From: Myxococcota bacterium
GTDB lineage: Bacteria; Myxococcota_A; UBA796; SXON01
Length of the DNA: 50,505 bases
Assembly (NCBI GenBank): GCA_040386535.1
Contig: JAZKFH010000008.1
Location: forward strand, 263,102-313,606
Reading direction: 5' to 3'
Of this stretch, positions 27,700-36,820 are shown piece after piece. The position numbers were made by a program, and so were the translations under genes. The notes beneath the pieces were generated by a model. The model searched no databases. It was not told where the DNA came from and was given only the letters and a program-made list of their open reading frames with translations. How positions within the stretch are numbered: position 1 is the stretch's first letter; each line of letters begins with the position of its first letter.

Positions 27700-28314
27700 T
27701 CACTCCTCCCCGCCCGCCGCCTCCATCCACGCGAGCATCGCGCGGTCGTCGTCGCTGCCGCGGCGTCGCAACGCGTCGCGCACGCCGGCGCGGTCCTCGG
27801 GGCGGCGGTTCTGGCCGAGCTTGAGCTTGCCGACGAGCGTCTCGACGGTGAGCTCGAAGCCCACGATCACGTCGAGCATGTCGGCGAGATCGGAGGGCTC
27901 GACCTCGTTCATGCGCCAGGGCCGCGGGCCCGCCTCGTGGGCGGCGGCGAGGCTGGCGAGCAGGCGCACGAGGCCCTTCGCGTCGAGCTCGCGCGTGGGG
28001 CCCCGGGCGTGGACCGTCACGTAGTTCCACGTGGGGACCTCGGCGCGTGAGGCGTACCAGGTGGGTGAGACGTAGCCGTGGGGGCCGTGGAACACCGCGG
28101 TCATCGGGGTTTGCGCGAGGAGCTGCGCCAGCGGGTTACGACGGGCGACGTGGCCGAGGAGCACGCCGCGGGCGGCGTCCACGAGCAGGGGAACGTGGGC
28201 GATCTCGGGGGTGCCGTCGGGGCCCACGGCCACGAGGGTGGCGAAGGGGTGCGCGGCGGCGATGGCGTAGAGCCGCGCGGTGTCGGGCTCGGCGAAGGCG
28301 GGAGGAACGTACAT
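27700..28314 (-). CDS. paiB: FMN-binding negative transcriptional regulator (PaiB family)
   Basis: MYVPPAF, HPFATLV, GHVARRNP, GPHGYVSPTWY, VPTWNY and GKLKLGQNR. Confidence 0.93.
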   Translation of the reverse strand: MYVPPAFAEPDTARLYAIAAAHPFATLVAVGPDGTPEIAHVPLLVDAARGVLLGHVARRNPLAQLLAQTPMTAVFHGPHGYVSPTWYASRAEVPTWNYVTVHARGPTRELDAKGLVRLLASLAAAHEAGPRPWRMNEVEPSDLADMLDVIVGFELTVETLVGKLKLGQNRRPEDRAGVRDALRRRGSDDDRAMLAWMEAAGGEE

Positions 28315-28383
28315 GGGGCCTCTGTTAGCGCGGTGGCGTCGCGTCCGGTCGACAGTCGCGCGCTCCGCGAGTAGGGTCCGCGC

Positions 28384-29598
28384 ATGACGCCAGGCCGCGC
28401 CCAGGGGCATCTGTACAACGCCCTCACCAGCCTCGCGGTGGGGGCGGCGCTGCTCGCGCTCGCGGCGGTGATCGTCGCGCCGACGCTGGAGCCCGTGTTC
28501 ATGGGCAGTCGCTACGCCGAGCTGGCCTCGGTCCCGGTGGGCGAGCTCGCCACCTACCGCCTCGAAGGCGTGCGCATGCTGACGCCCGTCGTGGGGCGCC
28601 TGCTCGGGTTCACGGGCGGCGCCTGGATGTGGTTCCCGCTGCTCATCGGCGTGGTGTTCCTCGCGATGACACACCGGTTCCTCCGCGCGCAGGGCCTCGC
28701 GGCGTGGGAGGCGGTGGCCGCCACGGCGTTGATCGCGTTCGCGACGCCGATCACGTGGACGCTGGCGTTTCCCGGCTACGTCGACACCACCACCTACCTG
28801 TTGTTGCTGGGGAGCTTCGTCCAGATCTGGCGCCGCTCGCACACGTGGGCGATCTTCTTCGCGCTGGGCCCGGTGAACCACGAGGCCAGCGTGTTCCTGG
28901 CCCCGGCGCTGCTCGCGCTCGCGGTGTTCCGGTCGCCGGCGGAGCAACGCGTGCGCACCGCCGGGGTGTGGGTGGCCCTCGCCGCGCTCGCGCTCGTGCC
29001 GGCATTGCTCGTGCGCGCGAAGCTCGCCCAGGACCTCGGCGCGGGCGCGCCGTCGGGGCTGGGCGCGGTGTTCGGGCGAGACCTCGTCCGGAGCTTGCCG
29101 ACGCTGCTCATCGGGCTGTTCATGGGCTGGAAGGTGACGTGGCTGCTGCCCGTGGTGCTCGGCGTCGTGGAGCACCGCGCCGGCGGCCTGCGGGCCACCT
29201 GGGTGGTGCTGGTGGTGCTCGGGTGCACGCTGGCGCAGCTGCTGTTCGCCTCGGACACGACGCGCCTGATGGCGCCGGCCTTCCTCGCGATGGTGTTGTG
29301 TGTGGTCGAGCTCCACAAGCACCTCGCGCCGCGCGACTTCGGCCTGCTCCTCGGCGGGCTGCTCGCCACGAACGTCGCGATCCCGCAGGCGTTCGCCGTG
29401 CCGCAGGGCCTCGTGCTTTGCCAGCCGCTCCCCATGGCGCTGCTGATGGCGGACCAGGGGCGCTACGACTTCCGCGGGGTGGTGTTCTTCGAGGTCCCAG
29501 GGCTGTACCAGCCGGGACGGCAGGCGCCGACGCCGCCGCAGGGCGGGCCGTCGCAGGGGCCGGGGTCGCAGGGAGGGCAGTTCGGGGCGGGGCGGTGA
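28384..29598 (+). CDS. Polytopic membrane protein, possibly GT-C-like
   Basis: About 10 hydrophobic segments, with R.LTP, YVD, NHEA and DTTRL polar motifs in loops. Confidence 0.7.
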   Translation: MTPGRAQGHLYNALTSLAVGAALLALAAVIVAPTLEPVFMGSRYAELASVPVGELATYRLEGVRMLTPVVGRLLGFTGGAWMWFPLLIGVVFLAMTHRFLRAQGLAAWEAVAATALIAFATPITWTLAFPGYVDTTTYLLLLGSFVQIWRRSHTWAIFFALGPVNHEASVFLAPALLALAVFRSPAEQRVRTAGVWVALAALALVPALLVRAKLAQDLGAGAPSGLGAVFGRDLVRSLPTLLIGLFMGWKVTWLLPVVLGVVEHRAGGLRATWVVLVVLGCTLAQLLFASDTTRLMAPAFLAMVLCVVELHKHLAPRDFGLLLGGLLATNVAIPQAFAVPQGLVLCQPLPMALLMADQGRYDFRGVVFFEVPGLYQPGRQAPTPPQGGPSQGPGSQGGQFGAGR

Positions 29599-29600
29599 GG

Positions 29601-29653
29601 GGGCGTCCCACAAGTCGGCACCTGACGGTCAGGCCCGGGATGTGGGACTGGGC
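29601..29653. repeat. Solitary variant of the 50-bp palindromic unit
   Basis: GGGCGTCCCACAAGTCGGCACCTGACGGTCAGGCCCGGGATGTGGGACTGGGC aligns to the 26381 unit. Stem GTCCCACA/TGTGGGAC. Confidence 0.9.
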
Positions 29654-29654
29654 C

Positions 29655-29817
29655 CGCGCGAGGGAGGCTGGAAGGCGGCGCGGGCCCCGCTGAAACCGTG
29701 CGCCGAAGGCGGCCTCACGCCCGCGAGCCCGCGCCGGTCGGCCCCGGCGGGCCGACGGAGCGGCGCGACCCTGGAAGACGCCCGCCCCCCGCCCGTCCGC
29801 GGGCGGGGACGCGCCCC
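29655..29817 (-). repeat. Dispersed structured intergenic element, full copy
   Basis: The minus strand reads GGGGCGCGTCCCCGCCCGCGGACGGGCGGGG...CTTCCAGGG, hairpin, ..., hairpin, CCTTCC-AGCCT-CCCTCGCGCG. Confidence 0.75.
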
Positions 29818-29856
29818 TCGCGGGCAGCGCCAACACCCCTCAACCCGACGCCCCGC

Positions 29857-29885
29857 TTGACGATCCGCCTGCCCGCCCGGATCAT
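29857..29885 (+). promoter_or_regulatory. Putative sigma70-type promoter
   Basis: TTGACG (29857-29862), 17-nt spacer, GATCAT (29880-29885), upstream of a GAGGT RBS and ATG 29908. Confidence 0.5.
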
Positions 29886-29907
29886 GAGGTTGCCCGAGGT
29901 GTCCCCG

Positions 29908-31002
29908 ATGGCCCGAACCGACGCCGCGCTCCATGAGCTTGCGACATACTGCGACATGGCCGTGCGCCACTCCTACGACCAGTACGAGAAGCACGGCACG
30001 CTGCTCAGCAAGGCGGTCGCGGCGTTCCGGGACGACACGGTGTGGGGCGCGAAGTGGGTGCCGGACGACTTCGACGTGTGTGACGCGGCGAGCCACCCCG
30101 TGTGGCAATACACGTTCACCCACGAGCAGAAGCTGGCGTGGAACCACCTCCAGTGGGCGCTCGACTACTCGGCGGTGGCGCAGGGCGAGCGCCAGATCAT
30201 CGTGCTCAACAACTTCGCGGTGAAGGAGTACGGCGACATCCTCCCCTCGGTGGTGGAGCTCGAGCGCCGTGAGAGCTTCGAGGAGACCGATCACATCGAC
30301 GCCTTCTGCGTCGTGCTCGAAGGCGTGCGCGCCCGGTACTTCAAGACCCGCAAGACGCCCCTGCAGTCGATTCCCGCGTCGGGCTTCTCCAGCGAGACGC
30401 TCAACCGCTTGTCGCGCCACGCGATGGGCTCGGTCGCCACGTTCCTGCTCGGGTCGAACTTCCCGACGTTGTTCTTCCTCGCCCGCGGGATGAAGACCCA
30501 CGGCTTCAAGCCCTTCGAGAACAGCATCGCGTCGAACGAGGAGGGGCACGGCGCGATCCGCATGATCTCGCACCTGCACCGCCTCGACGAGTCGCGGCAC
30601 ATGGCCACCTCGCTGAACCTCGCGAAGCTCTCGTCGGCGGTGCTCGAGACGCTCCCCCGCGACAACAAGCTCCTGTTCCGCCTCGCGGTGCAGGCCGCGT
30701 TCCCGCGCGGGCGCTCGGCGGACTACCGGCTCGTGTACTGGCGCAAGGTGCTCGACGAGTCCACGATCTACGCCGACGTTCCGAAGGAGGAGCGCGACGC
30801 CCTGTTCGTGCACATGGAGAGCCGCATCGAGGCCAACCTCCAGACCCTCCACGAGCGGCAGGCGCGCCTCACGCGGCAGGCGAACAAGCGCATCATCGAG
30901 GAATGTGGGCTCTCGCCCGAGATGAAGCGGCTGTTCGTCGACGTGATGCGGAGCGATCCGGCGTACGCCGCGACGGTGGATGCGGTCCGGTTGGAGAACT
31001 GA
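29908..31002 (+). CDS. Ferritin-like di-metal carboxylate enzyme, AurF/CylC-like
   Basis: QKLAWNHLQW..Y....E, ESFEETDH (ExxH) and HRLDESRH (ExxH). Alternative start at ATG 29884. Confidence 0.75.
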   Translation: MARTDAALHELATYCDMAVRHSYDQYEKHGTLLSKAVAAFRDDTVWGAKWVPDDFDVCDAASHPVWQYTFTHEQKLAWNHLQWALDYSAVAQGERQIIVLNNFAVKEYGDILPSVVELERRESFEETDHIDAFCVVLEGVRARYFKTRKTPLQSIPASGFSSETLNRLSRHAMGSVATFLLGSNFPTLFFLARGMKTHGFKPFENSIASNEEGHGAIRMISHLHRLDESRHMATSLNLAKLSSAVLETLPRDNKLLFRLAVQAAFPRGRSADYRLVYWRKVLDESTIYADVPKEERDALFVHMESRIEANLQTLHERQARLTRQANKRIIEECGLSPEMKRLFVDVMRSDPAYAATVDAVRLEN

Positions 31003-31059
31003 GGGCGCGCCCAAACGTCGGATAGCACCCGTGCTACCGTGCCCGCCGCGGAGGACAGG

Positions 31060-31572
31060 ATGGCGGACAGGCCCGGCGGAGATCTCTACGCACCCCTTCC
31101 CACGAGCGCCCGGACGGCGGACTTCGGCGCGGGGGAGGGCGGTCTCGTGCTCGCCGAGCTCAGTACGCGCTTCTTCGCGAAGTTGATCGACAACCTCGCG
31201 CTCGGGCTGGTGCCGATGGTGTTCGGTGTCCTTGCCATCACGATGGCGGACGTCACGTCGGACCCCACCGAGGAGCCCTGGTTCTGGGCGGCGGCGGGCG
31301 TGCCGATGCTGATCGTCGCCATCGTGCAGGTGGTGCTCCTCACGAACGACGGGCAGACCATCGGAAAGCGCGCGCTCGGCATCCGCATCGTCAACGCGAG
31401 CGGGAAGGTGCCGGGGTTCCTGATGGGGGTCGTGGTCCGCGGCGGGACGTCGATGGTGCTGAGCCTCTTCTGCCGGGGCTTCGGCTCCCTCGCGGACGTG
31501 TTGTGCATCTTCCGGGAGGATCGTCGCTGCCTGCACGACCACGCGGCCGGCACGCGCGTGGTGAAGGTGTAG
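31060..31572 (+). CDS. RDD family protein
   Basis: RFFAKLID, GQTIGKRALGIRIV and RRCLHDHAAGTRVV. Confidence 0.92.
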   Translation: MADRPGGDLYAPLPTSARTADFGAGEGGLVLAELSTRFFAKLIDNLALGLVPMVFGVLAITMADVTSDPTEEPWFWAAAGVPMLIVAIVQVVLLTNDGQTIGKRALGIRIVNASGKVPGFLMGVVVRGGTSMVLSLFCRGFGSLADVLCIFREDRRCLHDHAAGTRVVKV

Positions 31573-31573
31573 C

Positions 31574-33274
31574 GTGAGCCGAGCGGCGATCGACACGCGG
31601 GTCGCCCTGGAGACGCCGGAGCACGTGGTCCTCCCCGTCGCGGCGGCGGGGCCGGCGGCGCGCGCGGTGGCCTACGGCATCGACCTGGGCCTGCGCGGGG
31701 CGTTCCTCCTCACGGTCTTCGTGCTCGCGTCGGCCGTGTTCCCGCTCTTCGCGCTGGAGGACACGGGCGTCGGCATGGGTCTGTTTGTTTGGTTCCTGCT
31801 GGACTGGGGCTGGTACGTGGTCTTCGAGACCTACGACGGGGGCCGGAGCCCCGGCAAGCGGGTGATGCGGCTGCGGGTGGTGCGCGCGGACGGGAGCCCG
31901 ATCGGCGCGCGGGACGCGATGTTGCGCAACCTGCTCCGGGCGGCGGACGGCCTGCCGCTGTTCTACGTGGTCGGCGCTGTGGTGACGATGGTGGATCCCC
32001 GCTTCCGGCGCCTGGGCGACCTCGTGGCGGGCACGCTCGTCATCCACGAGGCGAACGAGGAGGCACCCTCTCCGGCGGTCGAGTTGTACCCGCCGGTGGG
32101 CGACGCGGAGCGGCCGCGGCTGCCCCGCCACCGCCGCGTGGAGCCCGCCGATCACCGGGCGCTCGAGGAGTTCGTGGCGGCGTCCGAGCGCCACGGCGTC
32201 GTGTGGAGCGAGTGGGTGGCGAGCCGCGTGGTGGACGGCTTTTCGGCCCGCTACCACGTGGCCGCCAAGACCCCCGTGCGCACGTTGCAGCTCCTCGTCG
32301 CCGCCGCGCGCGCGGACGCCCCCGAGATCGAGCGCGCCGCCGCCAGCGGCCGGGACGACGCACGCGTGCTCGGCGCGCTGCTCCTCGACGCCCAGCTCGC
32401 GCCCCTCACCGCGGCCGCCGCCCCCGCCGTGGTCCGCACGTTCCGCAACCTCGTGGGCGAGCTCGGCCGGCTGCGCGCGGGCGCGTCCTCCCGGGCCCGC
32501 GCCGCCGAGGCGCTCGCCGCGGAAGCCCAGCGCGTCGTGTACCGGGACGCCGGCCGCGCCGCCCGTTTCGACGGGAACGCCGTCGCCCGGCTGCTCATCG
32601 AGGAGTTCCCCGCGGCGCTGCGCGCCAACCGCGGGTGGATGGCGCTCTCCGCGGCCCTCTTCCTGATCCCGTTCGCCTACGGGATGTGGGGCGCCGCGAC
32701 CGATCCCGCGTTCGTCGAGGCGGTCGTCCCCGCCGAGACGCGCGACCTGCTCGGCGAGTCCTACCGGGACGGCGTGGCCCGCTCGGGCGACGAGAACGCG
32801 CTCATGGCGGGCTTCTACGTCCAGAACAACGTCGGCATCGCGCTCCGCGCGGTGGCGGGGGGCATCTTCCTCGGGCTCGGCAGCGCGTGGACCCTGCTGT
32901 GGAACGGCCTCGCGATCGGCAGCTTCGCCGGCTGGATCGTGGCGGAGGGCCTCGGCGGGAACTTCCTCCGCTTCACGTCGGGGCACTCGACGTGGGAGCT
33001 CACCGCCATCGTCGTGGCGGGGGCCGCGGGCCTGCGTCTCGGGTCCAGCTTCGTCGTGACCGAGGGGCGCACGCGGGGCGCCTCCCTCCGCGCGGCCGGC
33101 CCTGACGTGCTGCGGCTGACCCTCGGCGCCGCGGCGATGCTGCTGATCGCGGCGGCGATCGAGGGCTTCTGGTCGGCGGGCGAGATGCACGACGCGGTGC
33201 GGGCGGCGTTCGCGATCGCGCAGGCAGGCCTCGTGTGGGCGTGGCTCACCGGGCGCGTCCGGTGGCGGCGGTGA
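31574..33274 (+). CDS. RDD domain fused to a stage II sporulation protein M (DUF95) domain
   Basis: ETPE, RAVAYGID, GRSPGKR and RRLGDLVAGT, then FYVQNNVGIA, GHSTWELTAI and AAAIEGFWS. Confidence 0.88.
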   Translation: MSRAAIDTRVALETPEHVVLPVAAAGPAARAVAYGIDLGLRGAFLLTVFVLASAVFPLFALEDTGVGMGLFVWFLLDWGWYVVFETYDGGRSPGKRVMRLRVVRADGSPIGARDAMLRNLLRAADGLPLFYVVGAVVTMVDPRFRRLGDLVAGTLVIHEANEEAPSPAVELYPPVGDAERPRLPRHRRVEPADHRALEEFVAASERHGVVWSEWVASRVVDGFSARYHVAAKTPVRTLQLLVAAARADAPEIERAAASGRDDARVLGALLLDAQLAPLTAAAAPAVVRTFRNLVGELGRLRAGASSRARAAEALAAEAQRVVYRDAGRAARFDGNAVARLLIEEFPAALRANRGWMALSAALFLIPFAYGMWGAATDPAFVEAVVPAETRDLLGESYRDGVARSGDENALMAGFYVQNNVGIALRAVAGGIFLGLGSAWTLLWNGLAIGSFAGWIVAEGLGGNFLRFTSGHSTWELTAIVVAGAAGLRLGSSFVVTEGRTRGASLRAAGPDVLRLTLGAAAMLLIAAAIEGFWSAGEMHDAVRAAFAIAQAGLVWAWLTGRVRWRR

Positions 33275-34032
33275 CGGAAGGCCAGCTCGTCCTGCGACGT
33301 CGCGGCTCGGCCGAGGTCGCCGACCTCGCCGTGGCCGTGCTCCGCGCCGACGCCGGGAGCTACGCGCGCGCCTACGCGCCGTGGGCGGTGCTCGCGGTCG
33401 CGGGCGCGGCGCTCCTGTGGTCGTGGGACGAGGGCGTGGCGCTCTTCTGGGTGCTGCTCGTCGCGCGGATCGGGCACGCGCCGGTCACGCTGGCCGTGAG
33501 CGAGCGGGTGGCCGGACGGTCGGCGCGCGTGGCGTTCGGGGCCGGGCTGCGCGCGGCGGGGCGGCTCCTGCTCGGCTGGATGCTCTGGGGCGTCCCGGCC
33601 CTCGTGGCCCTGATCATCCCCCCGCTCGGCCTGTACCTCTGGCTCCGCGGCCTGTACGCGCCGGAGGTGGACGTGGTGGAGCGCCCCACGACGGGGTCGT
33701 TCACGCGCATCAACGCCCTCGCGACGGCGGCGGGCAGCGGCATCGTGACCACGCGGTGTTGGCTGCTGGCGGTCGAGGCCTGGGCGTGGCTCGGGGGCGA
33801 GGCCGTGGGGCAGGCGGTCGTGGAGGGGCTCCTCCAGCTCGGCACCCCGTGGGGGACGCTGTGGGACGGGCACGTGACCCCCTACCAGCTCGCCGGGATC
33901 GTGCTCGTGCAGCCGCTCCTCGCGCTGATGCGCTTCTGCGCGTGGCTCGACGTGCGCACCCGTAGCGAGGCGCTCGACGCCTGGTTCCTGGTGTGGGCGG
34001 CGTCCTCCAGGAACCAGGGAGGCGCGGCGTGA
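33271..34032 (+). CDS. Membrane protein of the MoxR/DUF58 operon
   Basis: GTGA coupling at both ends, TM segments, and a C-terminal WLDVRTRSEALD motif. Confidence 0.75.
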   Translation: MTEGQLVLRRRGSAEVADLAVAVLRADAGSYARAYAPWAVLAVAGAALLWSWDEGVALFWVLLVARIGHAPVTLAVSERVAGRSARVAFGAGLRAAGRLLLGWMLWGVPALVALIIPPLGLYLWLRGLYAPEVDVVERPTTGSFTRINALATAAGSGIVTTRCWLLAVEAWAWLGGEAVGQAVVEGLLQLGTPWGTLWDGHVTPYQLAGIVLVQPLLALMRFCAWLDVRTRSEALDAWFLVWAASSRNQGGAA

Positions 34033-35885
34033 GGGTGATCTTCGTGCTTCTCTGGGTCGCGACGGCGGGTGCGCAGGATCCGGCGATCGACGTCGACGGC
34101 GACGTTGTCGGCGAGGTGGCCTTCGACGGAGACGCCCCCACCGATCCCGAAGGGCTCGCGCCCGTGCCGCGGTGGATCCCCCTCGCGGAGGCGCCCCGTT
34201 GGTGCGAGCGCCCGCCCCGCCTCGACTGGCGCGACGCGGAGTGGTGTGACCGCGTGCCCCCGGGCTGCGAGGGCCTCACCCAGGCGTGCGAACGCCACGT
34301 GCCCGAGATCAAGAGCGCCGGGTTCGACGCCGCCCCGCGGCTGACTCGTCCGCCCACGATTGACCTCTCCACCTGCGCCGGCGGCGGCGGCTACGTGATC
34401 CTGGGCCTCCTCCTCGGCCTCGTCGTGATGGCGGTCGCGAGCTGGCTGTTCGGCCCGAAGGACGCCAGGGACGCGCCCGTGGACGCGGGCGGGGCCGACA
34501 CCCCGGTCGGGGCGGCCGTGCGGGTCGCGCGGAGCGAGGACGAGCTGCTCGTGGCCGCGCGGCAGGCGGTCGAGGGCGGGCGCTTCGCCGAGGCCCTCCT
34601 GCTCGTGCGCGCCGCGATCGTGCGGGCCCTGGAGCGCTCGGGCACCCTCCCGGCCGACCCCGGCCGCACCGACCGCGAGACCGTGCGCGCCCTCGCCGCC
34701 GAGCCGGGCCTCGCCGCCGACGTGAAGGTCGTGGCCAGCGCGCTCGAGCGCCAGCGCTACGCGTCGCTCCCCGTCGATCGCCGCACGATGGACGCCGTGC
34801 TCGACGCGGGCCGGCGCGTCCTCACCAAGGTGGGCGTGCTCGTGGTGCTCTTCGGCGTGTCCATCGCGCAGGCGGGCCCCGCGGACCACGACCGGCTGGT
34901 GGACTGGCTGGAGCAGCACGACGTGACCGTCGAGGAGACCACCGAGTTTCCCGAGGACGGCGACATCGTCATCTGGATGCCCGACGCGTGGTGGGACGGC
35001 GAGGGCGCCGCGCGGGCCCGCCACAGCGCCCGGCTCGGCGCCATCGTCATCGTGGTGGGAGACGCCACCACGCTGGCCCTGTTCGACGAGGATGTGGGCG
35101 GATGGACCCAGGCGGCGCTCCCGGTCCGCCCCGATCCCACGCTGGCCGAAGGGGCGCCTCTCGACGTCCCCGCCGCGTGGAAGGCGGGCGCGGCGCCCGG
35201 GCGCGTCCTGTTCGTCGACAAGGACGGGGCCGCGGTGGGGTTGGAGCTCCCCGTCGGTGAGGACGGCGGCGCCCTGCGCCTCGTCGGGGTCCCCAACCTG
35301 CTCGACGACGCCGCGCTGCTCTCCGCGGGCAACGCCGCCGCCCTCGGCGCGCTCCTCGACGAGAGCCGCGACCGCCACGTCACCATCGTCCGCCTCGAGG
35401 ACGGCGCCGCCAACCCGCTGCGCATGGTCCTCGCCGCGGGCCTCGGCCCGGCGCTGGCCCAGCTGCTCGTCCTCTGGCTCGTGTGGGCCTGGGCGCGCGG
35501 ACGCCGCTTCGCCGCCCCCGTGCCGGCGCCCGACGAGGCGCGGCGGGACTTCCGCGCCCACCTCGACGCGGTGGCCGCGCTCTACCGGGGCGTGGGGGCG
35601 AGCCGCGCCGGGCTCGCGGCGGTGGCGAGCCGCACGCTCCACGTGCTCCGCGAGCGCACCCGCGCGAACGAGTCGGGGCTCGCGGAGGCGGTGGCCGCGC
35701 GCACGGGCGAGCCGCCCGAGCGGGTGGCCGATCTCGTGAAACGGGCGCGCGCCGCAGCCGACCCGAGCGCCCCCGCGGGCGATGCTGATCTCGATCTCCA
35801 GGAGGAACTGTGGAAGCTGGCAGAACGGACGAAGAGCGGCGGCAAGATCAGATCGGCGCGTTCGCCACGCGGTTCCCGGAGGTAG
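34029..35885 (+). CDS. DUF4129-like plus DUF4350-like fusion protein
   Basis: A..GRFAEAL...TDRET...ERQRYA (DUF4129-like), then LL.AGNAA.L, GRRFAAP and HLDAVAALY (DUF4350-type tail). Confidence 0.7.
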   Translation: MRVIFVLLWVATAGAQDPAIDVDGDVVGEVAFDGDAPTDPEGLAPVPRWIPLAEAPRWCERPPRLDWRDAEWCDRVPPGCEGLTQACERHVPEIKSAGFDAAPRLTRPPTIDLSTCAGGGGYVILGLLLGLVVMAVASWLFGPKDARDAPVDAGGADTPVGAAVRVARSEDELLVAARQAVEGGRFAEALLLVRAAIVRALERSGTLPADPGRTDRETVRALAAEPGLAADVKVVASALERQRYASLPVDRRTMDAVLDAGRRVLTKVGVLVVLFGVSIAQAGPADHDRLVDWLEQHDVTVEETTEFPEDGDIVIWMPDAWWDGEGAARARHSARLGAIVIVVGDATTLALFDEDVGGWTQAALPVRPDPTLAEGAPLDVPAAWKAGAAPGRVLFVDKDGAAVGLELPVGEDGGALRLVGVPNLLDDAALLSAGNAAALGALLDESRDRHVTIVRLEDGAANPLRMVLAAGLGPALAQLLVLWLVWAWARGRRFAAPVPAPDEARRDFRAHLDAVAALYRGVGASRAGLAAVASRTLHVLRERTRANESGLAEAVAARTGEPPERVADLVKRARAAADPSAPAGDADLDLQEELWKLAERTKSGGKIRSARSPRGSRR

Positions 35886-36820
35886 AGGCCGCGCTCGGCA
35901 ACGTGGTGCACGGGCAGGCGAGCGCCGTGCGCCAGGTGCTCGTGGCGCTGTTCGCCGGCGGGCACGTGCTGCTCGAAGGCGCGCCCGGGCTCGGCAAGAC
36001 GCTGCTGGCGCGTACGCTCGCGCAGGTGCTCGGGTGCCGGTTCCGCCGCATCCAGTTCACGCCCGATCTCATGCCCGCCGACGTGACCGGCGGCAACGTG
36101 TTCAACCAGAAGGAGCACCGCTTCGATTTTGTCGCCGGCCCCGTCTTCACCGAGGTGCTGCTCGCCGACGAGATCAACCGCGCCCCGGCGCGCACCCAGG
36201 CCGCGCTGCTCGAGGCGATGGGAGACCGCCAGGTCACCATCGACGGCATCACCCGTCGGCTGGAGCGGCCCTTCTTCACCATCGCGACGCAGAACCCCGT
36301 CGAGTCCGAGGGCACCTGGCCCCTGCCCGACGCCCAGCTCGACCGCTTCATGCTCAAGGTGCTCGTGCCGACGCCCCCGCGCGAGGCCGAGCTCGCCATC
36401 CTCACGAGCCACCTCGCGGGCTTCGACTCCGCCGACCTCGATCGACAGGGGCTCGTCCCGCTGCTCGATGCCGCCGAGATCGTCGCGACGCAGGACGCCT
36501 TGCGCGGCGTGCGCGTGACCCGGCCGGTCCTCGAGTACATCACCGATCTGGTGGGCCGCACCCGCGCGCACGGCGCCGTGTACCTCGGGGCGTCGCCACG
36601 CGCGTCCGTGGCCCTGCTGCTCGGCAGCCAGGTGCTCGCCGCCGCGGAGGGGCGCGCGTTCGTGCTCCCCGACGACATCAAGGAGCTCGCGCCCGCCGTG
36701 CTCCGCCACCGCCTCGTCCTCCACCCCGAGGCCGAGATCGACGGCGCGAGCGTGGACGAGGTGGTCGCGGATCTCATCCGCGAGACGCCGGTCCCCGCCA
36801 GCCCGGGACGAACCGGGTGA
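35810..36820 (+). CDS. MoxR family AAA+ ATPase
   Basis: GHVLLEGAPGLGKT, RIQFTPDLMPADVTG, LADEINRAP, ATQNPVESEGT, AQLDRF and GASPRA. Confidence 0.97.
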   Translation: MEAGRTDEERRQDQIGAFATRFPEVEAALGNVVHGQASAVRQVLVALFAGGHVLLEGAPGLGKTLLARTLAQVLGCRFRRIQFTPDLMPADVTGGNVFNQKEHRFDFVAGPVFTEVLLADEINRAPARTQAALLEAMGDRQVTIDGITRRLERPFFTIATQNPVESEGTWPLPDAQLDRFMLKVLVPTPPREAELAILTSHLAGFDSADLDRQGLVPLLDAAEIVATQDALRGVRVTRPVLEYITDLVGRTRAHGAVYLGASPRASVALLLGSQVLAAAEGRAFVLPDDIKELAPAVLRHRLVLHPEAEIDGASVDEVVADLIRETPVPASPGRTG

